64,000 nucleotides of DNA from an uncultured Methanomicrobiaceae archaeon. GTDB lineage: Archaea > Halobacteriota > Methanomicrobia > Methanomicrobiales > Methanomicrobiaceae. Positions 8,739 through 18,207 of the stretch are shown here, piece by piece. Where the stretch lies: positions 43,161 through 107,160 of the forward strand of contig CAYXKC010000001.1 of the NCBI GenBank assembly GCA_964465295.1, given 5' to 3'. The translations under genes and the position numbers were made by a program. The number at the start of each line of letters is the position of its first letter. Within the stretch, counting starts at the first letter, position 1. The notes beneath the pieces are model-generated. The model was not told the DNA's origin and ran no database searches. It saw only the letters and a program-made list of their open reading frames with translations.

Positions 8739-9944
8739 ATGCAGGATGTTATCGCGCATTATTATTTCCGGCCTGTTGAAGGTACTACCCCTGAATTTGC
8801 AGCACAGGCAATCGCCGATGAAGAGACTACAGGAACATGGACGGATCTCAGTACAAGAGAAGATTATGTCCGGAGACTTGACGGCCAGGTGGAATACCTG
8901 GAAAAATACCGGGATGGTTATTTAACAAAAATAAAATATCCTGCTGAGATATTTGAAAAAGGGAATATCCCGCAGTACCTGTCTGTAGTTGCAGGAAATC
9001 TTTTCGGTCTCGGCAGGCTCAGGTCTGTTCGTCTTCTGGATGTTGAATTTCCTGAATCCCTCTCTGCTTTTTCCGGTCCGGGTTTTGGAATGGAGGGGGT
9101 ACGCAGGATAATAGGTACTGAGAGATCGGGAAGGCCGCATGTAGGGACAATTATAAAACCCAAGGTAGGTCTGACTCCTGAAGATACTGCACGTGTTGCA
9201 TATGAGGCTGCAGTTGGGGGTGTCGATTTCATAAAAGACGATGAAACACTCACAGATCAAATATTCTGCCCTATGACGGATCGCGTGGAAGAAGTAATGG
9301 CAAAGCTTGACGATGCCATGAGCGAGACCGGGAGAAAGATACTTTATGCTGTTAATATATCAGCAAGAGCCGATAAAATTGTGGAAAGGGCCGAACAGGC
9401 ACTCGAATGCGGTGCAAACACCCTGATGATCGATGTCATCACATGCGGTTATTCAGCAGTACAGGCACTATCCGAACTCGATTCCATAAATGTCCCGCTC
9501 CATATACACAGGACTATGCATGCCGCGATGACAAGAAACCCCGAGCATGGAATCGCAATGCGCCCGCTTGCAAAACTGGTAAGGATGGCCGGAGGAGATC
9601 AGCTCCACACCGGAACCGTAAGCGGAAAAATGGGCCATGACCCTTCAGAAATTGTTGCAGACAACAAAGTTCTGACAGATGAGATGTATTCGTTTAGACC
9701 TGTATTCCCTGTATCAAGCGGCGGGCTTCATCCCGGCAAGGTACACGCCGAACTGGAGGCTCTTGGAACCGATATAGTTCTTCAGGCCGGGGGGGGTATA
9801 CACGGCCATCCGGACGGCACAAGATCCGGTGCTGCAGCCATGCGCCAGGCTGTCGATGCATACATGGATGGTACCTCTCTAAAAGACTACGCAGAGGATC
9901 ACAAAGAGCTTAGAAGAGCGTTGGAAAAATGGGGTTCAAACTAA
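8739..9944 (+). CDS. rbcL: Ribulose-1,5-bisphosphate carboxylase/oxygenase, form III large subunit
   Basis: Motifs GTIIKPKVGL, GGVDFIKDDE, HIHRTMH, QLHTGTVSGKM, PVSSGGLHPG and QAGGGIHGHPDG are present. All canonical catalytic positions appear to be retained, so this is not a RuBisCO-like protein. Confidence 0.9.
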   Translation: MQDVIAHYYFRPVEGTTPEFAAQAIADEETTGTWTDLSTREDYVRRLDGQVEYLEKYRDGYLTKIKYPAEIFEKGNIPQYLSVVAGNLFGLGRLRSVRLLDVEFPESLSAFSGPGFGMEGVRRIIGTERSGRPHVGTIIKPKVGLTPEDTARVAYEAAVGGVDFIKDDETLTDQIFCPMTDRVEEVMAKLDDAMSETGRKILYAVNISARADKIVERAEQALECGANTLMIDVITCGYSAVQALSELDSINVPLHIHRTMHAAMTRNPEHGIAMRPLAKLVRMAGGDQLHTGTVSGKMGHDPSEIVADNKVLTDEMYSFRPVFPVSSGGLHPGKVHAELEALGTDIVLQAGGGIHGHPDGTRSGAAAMRQAVDAYMDGTSLKDYAEDHKELRRALEKWGSN

Positions 9945-10131
9945 ATTTATTTTGATTTTAATCGCGCCGATTTCAATATATTGGGCTTTAATCATCTAAA
10001 TATCAATTCTGGGGGGTTAAACTCTCCTAATTTTAAAAAGGAGGGTTTTGTGTAGCTTACAAAAGATTTATCCCTTCATACGCTGTTTAAATATTTGTAA
10101 AATATTACTGTTCGGAGGGACTGTTAACCGG

Positions 10132-10533
10132 ATGGTTAAGAATGTTGAAGCTGAAAAAGCAATGGATGCCTTCTCCAAGGAGAATGCATGGGGTCTCGCT
10201 ACAAACGTTGACCTGTATGGATGCAACCCGGATACTATAAGGGACGCAGGAAAAATTAAGCAGTTTGTTGTAGAACTATGCGATATCATCGATATGAAGA
10301 GATTTGGTGAGACAGAAGTTGTACACTTCGGTCCGAATGATAAAGTCGCCGGCTTTTCGATGACACAGCTCATTGAGACGTCATTGATATCGGGTCATTT
10401 CGCGAATTCAACAAATGCTGCATATATCGATGTTTTCAGCTGCAAGGAATATGATCCAAAAGCTGTCGTAGAATATGCGAAGAAATTTTTTGGCGCAGAT
10501 TCTGCCCAAAGCCATGTAGTATTAAGGGAGTAA
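10132..10533 (+). CDS. S-adenosylmethionine decarboxylase-family (pyruvoyl-type) protein, divergent
   Basis: About 133 aa from the ATG at 10132, with GGAGGGA about 12 nt upstream; the track GTG at 10048 adds an implausible leader. Contains DLYGC...LIETSLISGHF...AYIDVFSC, which resembles the AdoMet_dc fold but with an atypical processing motif. Confidence 0.6.
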   Translation: MVKNVEAEKAMDAFSKENAWGLATNVDLYGCNPDTIRDAGKIKQFVVELCDIIDMKRFGETEVVHFGPNDKVAGFSMTQLIETSLISGHFANSTNAAYIDVFSCKEYDPKAVVEYAKKFFGADSAQSHVVLRE

Positions 10534-10543
10534 TTCCCAATAC

Positions 10544-10550
10544 TTTTTTT
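10544..10550 (+). terminator. Oligo-T (T7) archaeal terminator after the AdoMetDC-like gene
   Basis: TTTTTTT lies 11 nt after the stop codon. Confidence 0.45.
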
Positions 10551-10594
10551 AACACGAATCTTCAACTTAATTATCGCTCTGCCATATCTATTAT

Positions 10595-11479
10595 ATGGAA
10601 GAATTTTCCGGGTGTAGTTTTATGCAGGATAATATCGATGACAGACCAGAGGCATTTGTAATCCCATTTGTGAAGATCCATGGAAACGGGAATGATTTCA
10701 TTCTCATCGACGAGTTTGAAGATGAGGTAATCCCGGATTCGATGAAGGGGGAATTTGCTGCTCTTTACTGTGACAGGCGCTTTGGAATTGGTGCCGACGG
10801 CGTTTTGTTTCTTTCAAGATCCAAACAGGCAAATATTAAGATGAAGCTGATTCAGCCTGATCGCAGTGAAGCTGAGATGTGCGGAAACGGGATCCGCTGT
10901 CTTGTTAAATATGCATATGATAGCAAATATGTCACAGAAAGATGCATCGTTGAGACTTTGGCAGGAAATCTCTCTGTAGATCTTGGATATAACAAGGAAA
11001 ACGAATTCATTGCAAAGATCAATATGGGCCGGGTGCTGTATGATTGCAGTGAAATCCCGGCAGAAGGCGAAGGTGAATATTTCCGTAACATAAACGGCTA
11101 TGATGTATATGCCGTTAACACGGGGGTCCCCCATGCCGTGATATTTGTGGACTCCATAGAAGAGTTGAATGTCGATGAGATTGCTCCCCCCATTCGTTAT
11201 AACGATTCATTCATTAAAGGAGCGAATGTAAACTTCGTTGAAGTTTTAGGTGCTGATGAAATTTCAATCAGAACTTATGAGAGAGGTGTCGAATCAGAAA
11301 CCCTGAGCTGTGGTACAGGATCAACAGCAAGTGCGGCAGTTGCCTTCAAACTTGGAAAAACAGGAGACATTGTGAAGGTCAATACAACCGGCGGTCCTCT
11401 TGTCATATATCTTAAAGGGGATGAAGCCTATATGGAAGGTCCGGCGGCAACCGTCTTTACAGGACGGATATGGGCCTGA
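10595..11479 (+). CDS. dapF: Diaminopimelate epimerase
   Basis: Contains HGNGNDFILIDE and both catalytic Cys motifs (MCGNGIRC, SCGTGSTASA). An alternative ATG is at 10622. Confidence 0.9.
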   Translation: MEEFSGCSFMQDNIDDRPEAFVIPFVKIHGNGNDFILIDEFEDEVIPDSMKGEFAALYCDRRFGIGADGVLFLSRSKQANIKMKLIQPDRSEAEMCGNGIRCLVKYAYDSKYVTERCIVETLAGNLSVDLGYNKENEFIAKINMGRVLYDCSEIPAEGEGEYFRNINGYDVYAVNTGVPHAVIFVDSIEELNVDEIAPPIRYNDSFIKGANVNFVEVLGADEISIRTYERGVESETLSCGTGSTASAAVAFKLGKTGDIVKVNTTGGPLVIYLKGDEAYMEGPAATVFTGRIWA

Positions 11480-12137
11480 TGCCCTGCTCCTCAATAACAA
11501 AATCAAGAACTTCCCCCTCTTTTTTTGACCTGTGTTTCTCCAGTATGGCCCTCCTGGTCCCGTTCTTCTTCTCAAGCCTTATTATTACCTTTGAAATATG
11601 TCTAAGAGACGTTCCGCCAAGACCGGAAGTGCAGTTATGTTCAATATCCATATAGACCTGATTTGAGACAAGAACAGGGATGTTATACCTTCGTGCATAA
11701 CCCAGAAGTCTAACCATCTGGCTGCCAAGTTTTCTCTGGCACTCTCCCGATCTGCCTCCTTCGACCCTGTATAATGCAGTTGCAGAATCGAGTATTATTA
11801 TTCCTATATCTTTATCTTCCCTGAGAAGCCTGTCGCATTCAGCAATCATCAGGCCCTGGAGGTCGAAGTCTACAGGTTCAAAGATGATAAGGCCTTCAGC
11901 AAGCTCTTTACTCTTATCGCCGGCAATCTGTCTGTACCTTTCGATAGAGAACCCTTCAGTGTCGATATAGATGACCTTTTTTCCCGCCTTAAGCATCCCT
12001 ACAGCCATTATTATGCAGATGGTGCTCTTTCCGCTCGCCGGCTCCCCGTATACCTGCGAGATTATCTTCTTCTCCAGGCCGCCTCCCAGGAGGTCGTCAA
12101 GTTCCCTGTATCCTGTGCTGAACCTGTTTTCTTCCAT
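11457..12137 (-). CDS. radB: DNA repair and recombination protein RadB
   Basis: 226 aa RecA-fold protein with Walker A GEPASGKST and Walker B IIILDS; typical RadB size. Its 3' end overlaps the dapF 3' end by 23 nt (convergent). Confidence 0.85.
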   Translation of the reverse strand: MEENRFSTGYRELDDLLGGGLEKKIISQVYGEPASGKSTICIIMAVGMLKAGKKVIYIDTEGFSIERYRQIAGDKSKELAEGLIIFEPVDFDLQGLMIAECDRLLREDKDIGIIILDSATALYRVEGGRSGECQRKLGSQMVRLLGYARRYNIPVLVSNQVYMDIEHNCTSGLGGTSLRHISKVIIRLEKKNGTRRAILEKHRSKKEGEVLDFVIEEQGIRPISVL

Positions 12138-12144
12138 AAATTTG

Positions 12145-13335
12145 TCATCTCTCCATATTCTTCAGGACTTTCAGGCATTCTTCTTCCGCATATTTCGCAA
12201 CTGTTCTGATCGGGATTCTGCATTCCGAAGCGACCCTGCGGACATCTTCAAATTCGGCTTTGACAGTAACCGGTATTTTGTCAATATAGCCTGCCTTGAC
12301 TCTTATTGAATATGTCCTGTTGCCATGGGGATAAGGAACTTCGATGATCTTCCTGTCAAGTATAGACCTGTGAACATTCTGCATATGCCTGATCCCCAGT
12401 GTACCCAGCTCTTCTGTGAGAATTTTAATAAACTCCGGCACATCATCCCGGTTCCTGCATATGACCTTTATCACATAGCCCGGTCTTCCTTTCTTCATAA
12501 CAGCAGGTATTGCACATGCATCCGCTGCTCCGGCGTCAAGAAGCCTTTGGATTACATATGCGATAATTTCCCCGGTAACATCATCGACATTGGTCTCCAG
12601 CACATCTATGATATCGTTGCAGGGATCGGTGGTATTTATGATATATGCTCTTGTTACGTTTGGAATGCCTTTTGGGTCCCTGCTTCCTGCACCATAGCCG
12701 ATGTTCTGAACAAGACCGTTGATATTCAAATAACTGCCAGTATTAAATTCAGAAAGAATGGCTGCCCCGGTGGGAGTGCATAATTCCGCTTCCTCGTCTG
12801 TAATCCTGACAGGTATATTTCCTTCACTTAGGATTGCCAGAGTTGCAGGCGCGGGATTTGGATACCTGCCGTGTGCTGAATTTATGTGGCCGGTTCCTGT
12901 GGCAACAGGTAAAACGGTTACAGCATCAACATTTAGAGATATAAAGGCTGTACAGGCTCCGATAATGTCTGCAATGGCGTCGTCAGCACCTACCTCATGG
13001 AAATGGACATGTTCACCATGAATTCCGGTTTCACCCCTGGCAATCCTCTCAAAAATTCGTTTTGCCATATCTATTACTTCTTTGGGAGCGTCTGCACGTT
13101 CGATAATTCCGTTTACTTCTTCAGGGGTCCTGTGCGAATCTTGGGAATTTGTTATCACTTTTATTGCGGATATGCCGCACCTGTCAACCCTGTTGATATC
13201 CGGCGATGCAACTACCGATGACATCGCTTTTACAACCAGCTCCCTGTCTGCACCCAGATCAATAAGTGAACCGGTGATCATGTCGCCTGCGGCACCGTGA
13301 AAGGGATCAAATACAAGGATACGCATATGTAACAT
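12145..13335 (-). CDS. larC: LarC-family nickel insertion protein (DUF111)
   Basis: N-terminal FDPFHGAAGDMITGSLIDLGAD, 396 aa. An alternative ATG is at 13326. Confidence 0.85.
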   Translation of the reverse strand: MLHMRILVFDPFHGAAGDMITGSLIDLGADRELVVKAMSSVVASPDINRVDRCGISAIKVITNSQDSHRTPEEVNGIIERADAPKEVIDMAKRIFERIARGETGIHGEHVHFHEVGADDAIADIIGACTAFISLNVDAVTVLPVATGTGHINSAHGRYPNPAPATLAILSEGNIPVRITDEEAELCTPTGAAILSEFNTGSYLNINGLVQNIGYGAGSRDPKGIPNVTRAYIINTTDPCNDIIDVLETNVDDVTGEIIAYVIQRLLDAGAADACAIPAVMKKGRPGYVIKVICRNRDDVPEFIKILTEELGTLGIRHMQNVHRSILDRKIIEVPYPHGNRTYSIRVKAGYIDKIPVTVKAEFEDVRRVASECRIPIRTVAKYAEEECLKVLKNMER

Positions 13336-13379
13336 GTACTTATACGTAATTGCATAATATCTTCTGTAAAGGTGTGTTT

Positions 13380-15932
13380 ATGATAAATCTGAAGGTTGAC
13401 AGCGCTTATCCCGAGGATCAGGGAACCGGAAGGGCCAGGCTCGATCCCGAGACGATGCTTCAGCTTCATCTTTCTCCCGGGGATTTGATCTATATCCTGG
13501 GGAAAAGGAAAACTGTTGCAAAGGTCTGGCGCCAGATGGTTAATGACTGGAACAAGAATAAAATCAGGATAGACAGTTTCATCCGGGCAAATGCGGGGAT
13601 CAGTATCGGAGAAAAGGTTGAGATAGAGGCTGTTGAGACACTGGTCTCTGCAAAGAAGGTAGTTCTTGCGCCTCCGGAGGATCTCCCGAAACAGCTTCCG
13701 ATAAACTACAGCAGTGCGGTAACCAAACTAATCGATTTCCCCGTATGCAAAGGAGATCGTGTCCCGGTACTCGCGGGCCTTCCATTTATGCAGCCCCAGA
13801 CTGTAGCATTTAAGGTTGTCAATATAGAGCCTGAAGATGCGACAATAATATCAAAAGATACGAATATCGAATTTTCTGATAAACCCGCCGAGGGCTTTGA
13901 AGGAATTAAACTGATATCATATGAGGATATCGGCGGTCTTAAGGGCGAACTCCAGGATGTAAGGGAGACTATCGAACTCCCTATGAGGCACCCCGAACTT
14001 TTCAGGAAGCTTGGAATAGATCCCCCCAAAGGGGTTTTACTGTACGGTCCTCCGGGAACGGGTAAGACACTTATCGCAAGGGCTGTTGCAAATGAGAGCG
14101 GCGCTCACTTCATCTCGATTGCAGGACCGGAGGTCATCTCGAAGTATTACGGGGAGAGCGAACAGAGATTAAGGGAGATATTCGATGAAGCCGAAGAAAA
14201 CGCCCCTTCGATAATATTTATTGACGAGCTTGATTCGATTGCACCCCGGCGTGAGGATGTGACCGGAGAGGTCGAGAGAAGGGTGGTTGCCCAGCTGCTC
14301 ACAATGATGGATGGTCTTGAAGAGAGGGGCCAGGTCGTTGTAATCGGTGCAACAAACCGTCTTGACGCCATCGATCCTGCCCTGAGGAGACCCGGGAGAT
14401 TTGACCGGGAGATAGAGATTGGTCCTCCTGATGAATCCGACCGTCTGGAGGTTCTTAGAATTCATGTCCGGGGTATGCCTATTGAGGGTGAGAAGAAGAT
14501 TATTGAGGTCAGGAAAAAGTGTGCGGAAACTTCAGGAATAGAGAAGGACGAGCTTGAAGAAGAGCTGAAGCTCCTGGAAAGTGAACTCTCCCGCAACAGG
14601 AATAATCTGCTTAAAGAATTTTCTTCACTTACAAACGGGTTTGTAGGAGCCGATCTTGCTGCACTTGCAAGAGAGGCCGCCCTGCGCGCATTAAGACGCT
14701 ATCTGCCTGTTCTCGACCTTGAAACAGAGGAGATATCACAGGAGATCCTCGAATCGATGGAGATAAAGATAGAAGACTTCTACAATGCTCTAAAAGATAT
14801 AAATCCGAGTGCAATGCGTGAGGTATTCCTCGAAGTCTCGCATGTCCACTGGAATGATGTCGGGGGCCTCCAGTCTGAGAAGGAGGAGGTTCGTGAAGCT
14901 GTGGAATACCCACTGACAAAACCCGACAGGTTTGAAAATCTTGGAATTGAACCACCTAGAGGAGTTCTTCTCTATGGTCCTCCCGGAACGGGCAAGACGC
15001 TGATTGCAAAGGCCGTTGCAAATGAGAGCGGTGCAAATTTCATCCCGGTTAGAGGGCCCCAGCTTCTTTCGAAATGGGTAGGAGAGAGTGAAAGAGCTGT
15101 CCGCGAGATCTTCCGTAAGGCAAGGCAGGTCTCACCTTCCATTATATTCTTCGACGAACTCGATTCACTTTCCCCGGTCAGGGGGAGGGGATCTGATTCT
15201 CATGTAATGGAGAGTGTAGTAAACCAGATCCTGACCGAATTCGACGGGCTTGAAGATATGCGGGGTGTAGTGGTAATGGGTGCAACGAACCGCCCTGATA
15301 TGATAGACCCTGCCCTGCTGCGCACCGGAAGATTTGACAGACTTGTATACATCGGGGAGCCGGATGAGAAGTCCAGGAAGAGAATCCTGCAGATACATAC
15401 ACGCTTTATGCCAATTGAGGGATCAGCCCTCGATGAGATAATTGATTCTGCAAAATATGGTGACGAACGCCATTTTGAAGAGTCTTTTATAAAGTTAAGC
15501 AAGAAGAAGGATATGATGCCGAACAGGGAAGTTTCAGCCCCGGAACTTATCGAATCCCTGATGATCGAAAGAGGGATCGAAGATCAGTCTAACAACGTTT
15601 CTATTCCTGTCTATAAGAGAAGAAGACTTATTGTCGAACTTCTTATGAAGAATGCATTGTATCTCAGGGATCCAAAGAGAGATGAATTATTTGACAAGAT
15701 TGCATCGCTCTCTTCCGGATATGTGGGCTCGGATCTTGAACTTCTATGCCGGGAGGCAGCCATGTTTGCGATGAGGGAGGGAAATTCCTCTGTGTCTGAG
15801 TCTCATTTTAAATCAGCCCTGAAAAAGGTTCACCCCATGATGAACGAGAGGCTTAGGGAGCAGTATGAAAACATCCGGATGTATTTTAAAGGCGGTCTTC
15901 CCCGGCAGGTCCAGCCTGTTGAATACCAGTGA
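13380..15932 (+). CDS. cdc48: CDC48/VCP-type AAA+ ATPase with two lid-domain insertions
   Basis: N-terminal double-psi barrel region and two AAA modules ([11 protein letters not shown] twice; IIFIDELDS and IIFFDELDS). ATG at 13380 with AAAGGTG upstream. About 850 aa, against about 730-760 aa for typical archaeal Cdc48. Confidence 0.9.
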   Translation: MINLKVDSAYPEDQGTGRARLDPETMLQLHLSPGDLIYILGKRKTVAKVWRQMVNDWNKNKIRIDSFIRANAGISIGEKVEIEAVETLVSAKKVVLAPPEDLPKQLPINYSSAVTKLIDFPVCKGDRVPVLAGLPFMQPQTVAFKVVNIEPEDATIISKDTNIEFSDKPAEGFEGIKLISYEDIGGLKGELQDVRETIELPMRHPELFRKLGIDPPKGVLLYGPPGTGKTLIARAVANESGAHFISIAGPEVISKYYGESEQRLREIFDEAEENAPSIIFIDELDSIAPRREDVTGEVERRVVAQLLTMMDGLEERGQVVVIGATNRLDAIDPALRRPGRFDREIEIGPPDESDRLEVLRIHVRGMPIEGEKKIIEVRKKCAETSGIEKDELEEELKLLESELSRNRNNLLKEFSSLTNGFVGADLAALAREAALRALRRYLPVLDLETEEISQEILESMEIKIEDFYNALKDINPSAMREVFLEVSHVHWNDVGGLQSEKEEVREAVEYPLTKPDRFENLGIEPPRGVLLYGPPGTGKTLIAKAVANESGANFIPVRGPQLLSKWVGESERAVREIFRKARQVSPSIIFFDELDSLSPVRGRGSDSHVMESVVNQILTEFDGLEDMRGVVVMGATNRPDMIDPALLRTGRFDRLVYIGEPDEKSRKRILQIHTRFMPIEGSALDEIIDSAKYGDERHFEESFIKLSKKKDMMPNREVSAPELIESLMIERGIEDQSNNVSIPVYKRRRLIVELLMKNALYLRDPKRDELFDKIASLSSGYVGSDLELLCREAAMFAMREGNSSVSESHFKSALKKVHPMMNERLREQYENIRMYFKGGLPRQVQPVEYQ

Positions 15933-15948
15933 TAGAGCTTTTCAATAA

Positions 15949-15955
15949 TTTTTTT
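15949..15955 (+). terminator. Oligo-T (T7) terminator after cdc48
   Basis: TTTTTTT lies 17 nt after the stop. Confidence 0.45.
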
Positions 15956-16010
15956 ACACCAATGAACAAATCTATACACTATAAAACCGACCGTTCCCGG
16001 AGGATAAAAT

Positions 16011-17534
16011 TTGCCTAATTGCACCGTATTTATTGACAATAATCTCAGACTGAAGGATAAACCTGCACTTGTCGCTCCTTCACTGAATAAGTCACTGACA
16101 TTTGGAGAGACATATGAAACCATGAATCGTTTTTCAGACATCCTGTTGTCAGGAGGCATTGAAAAGGGTGACAGGGTCTGTATTTATCTTCCTTCATCGA
16201 TAGAATACCTGATTTTTTATCTTGCGATTTGGAGAATCGGGGCGATTGCAGTACCTCTGAATATAGTCTTAAAACCGGCAGAAGTCAGTTATATGATCAA
16301 AAATTCAGGTGCAAAAGCAATAATCTCCGATCTAAGCGGGAGAGAATCCGTTGAAGAGGCAATAACCCCCGGAATGGATGTCTGCAAATATATACTGGGA
16401 AGCGCCGAATGGAATGAAAAGATATCCTCTGCCAGATGTGATATATGTCCAGTCAATTGCGATTTTAACGATCTGTGCCAGCTCCAGTACACATCCGGCA
16501 CAACAGGAAAGCAGAAGGGTGCGATGCTATCCCACGGCAACTGGATATCTGCAATGGACGCCGAATGTGATGTACTGGGCTATAATGAGGATGATATCTA
16601 CCTCGGGATCTATCCTATGGCTCATGTTGGTGTGTCGTGGGGAATTTCTGCATTAAGGGCAGGAGCTACCTGGATAGTTATGGAGGCTTTTGAACTTGAA
16701 AGATACATAGATCTGATTGAAAGATATTCTGTTACTGTTGCAGCCGGGATGCCTCCCGTTATTCATTCACTGCTGAAGACTCCGCCGGGAACCGAGGAGC
16801 GCCTGAAAAGTGCAAGGGAGATGATAAGCGGTGGAGGGCCGCTGCATCATGGCATATGGAAAGACTTTTACAGGCGCTTTAGAATACCGGTTGTAAATGC
16901 ATACGGGCTCTCAGAGACGATCGTTGTCGGCACGGGAACGGCGATCAGACCTGAAGACTATCGTACTGCCGATGAATTTAAAAGTGTAGGAAAACCCGTG
17001 GGTTTCAGTGAACTAAAGATTGTCGATGTAAACGATCCGAATAAAGAGTTAAAGTCCATGGAAACAGGTGAGATAGCATTAAGAGGTCCGGGTGTTGCCT
17101 GTGGTTACTGGAATATGGAAGAAGAAACCGAATCGGTTTTCCTCCCTGACGGATGGTTCTTAACGGGCGATATAGGACATATTGACGAAGAAGGGATGCT
17201 TTCGATTACAGACCGTAAGAAAGACATGATTGTTATGTCCGGTTGGAAGATATATCCTACAGAGGTGGAGAAGGTACTAATTGAAAACCCTGTTGTGGAT
17301 GATATTGCTGTTTTCGGATGCAGCGATATCCACAGGGGGGAGTATCCTGTAGCCGCGGTTGTGATGAAGGACGGGTACGATTTCGACAGGTCATCAATGG
17401 ATGAATTCGCACGTTCACGCCTTGCGAGATATAAGATTCCCAAGGAGTATTTTGTTGTCGAATCCCTTCCAAGAGTAAGCGGGTGGAAACTTCTCAGGCG
17501 CGAGCTTGTGGAGAAGTACTGTAAAAACAATTGA
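16011..17534 (+). CDS. AMP-dependent acyl-CoA synthetase/ligase (ANL superfamily)
   Basis: Contains YTSGTTGKQKGAMLSH (the AMP-binding motif), GEIALRGP and TGDIG..DEEG...DRKKDMI. TTG start with GGAGG 8 nt upstream. Confidence 0.85.
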   Translation: MPNCTVFIDNNLRLKDKPALVAPSLNKSLTFGETYETMNRFSDILLSGGIEKGDRVCIYLPSSIEYLIFYLAIWRIGAIAVPLNIVLKPAEVSYMIKNSGAKAIISDLSGRESVEEAITPGMDVCKYILGSAEWNEKISSARCDICPVNCDFNDLCQLQYTSGTTGKQKGAMLSHGNWISAMDAECDVLGYNEDDIYLGIYPMAHVGVSWGISALRAGATWIVMEAFELERYIDLIERYSVTVAAGMPPVIHSLLKTPPGTEERLKSAREMISGGGPLHHGIWKDFYRRFRIPVVNAYGLSETIVVGTGTAIRPEDYRTADEFKSVGKPVGFSELKIVDVNDPNKELKSMETGEIALRGPGVACGYWNMEEETESVFLPDGWFLTGDIGHIDEEGMLSITDRKKDMIVMSGWKIYPTEVEKVLIENPVVDDIAVFGCSDIHRGEYPVAAVVMKDGYDFDRSSMDEFARSRLARYKIPKEYFVVESLPRVSGWKLLRRELVEKYCKNN

Positions 17535-17541
17535 AGTCTTC

Positions 17542-17548
17542 TTTTTTT
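17542..17548 (+). terminator. Oligo-T (T7) terminator after the acyl-CoA synthetase gene
   Basis: TTTTTTT lies 8 nt after the TGA stop. Confidence 0.45.
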
Positions 17549-17587
17549 ATAAAAATTTTATTAATTTTAAAGTGATACATTTAACAG

Positions 17588-18205
17588 ATGTCTAACGAAA
17601 TCGAAGAGATAACAACCATTAGCAAGGGAAAAAAACTCACAAGTGGTTTGGATGGTCTTGATTTCCAGCTTGGAGGAGGAATTCCCGAGGGATCACTGAT
17701 CCTACTCTATGGAGATCCTCTTTCAGGTATGGAAAAATTTTCTGTACAGTTCTGGAAAGCCGATGAAGGGTCAGAAAGTTCATACTTCGTGACCGACTCC
17801 CTGGTTTCAGAAGGGATGTCGGATGCGTCTAATCTTAATCCTGAAGAGATTACATGGGATATGTCCGGGAAGAGGGTTGTTGTAGATTCTCTTTCAACGC
17901 TACTAATAAAAAACGGTATAGCTGATATTTTAAAATTTTTAAGGGAATCTTCAGCCAAGATCAAAGAAGAAAGGGGGAATATGCTTTTATTGATGTACCC
18001 GGGCATTCACACTTCTTATGATGAGATACTGGTTAAAAGGAACTGCGACACAGTATTTATACTCAACCAGAATGCACACGGGAGTGAGCTTGAAAGAAAT
18101 CTCCAGGTTAGTAAAATAGGTGGGATGGACGTTCCAAATAGAGTATTTCCATATAATATCCTTGAAAAAGGAATTGAACTTTCAACAACCGGAAGGGTTG
18201 TTTAA
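17588..18205 (+). CDS. KaiC/RecA-superfamily protein with degenerate Walker A
   Basis: Contains GLDGLDFQLGGGIPEGSLILLYGDPLSGMEKF, where GxxxxGK[ST] is replaced by GDPLSGME. A Walker-B-like VVVDS is present. 205 aa. Confidence 0.6.
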   Translation: MSNEIEEITTISKGKKLTSGLDGLDFQLGGGIPEGSLILLYGDPLSGMEKFSVQFWKADEGSESSYFVTDSLVSEGMSDASNLNPEEITWDMSGKRVVVDSLSTLLIKNGIADILKFLRESSAKIKEERGNMLLLMYPGIHTSYDEILVKRNCDTVFILNQNAHGSELERNLQVSKIGGMDVPNRVFPYNILEKGIELSTTGRVV

Positions 18206-18207
18206 TA

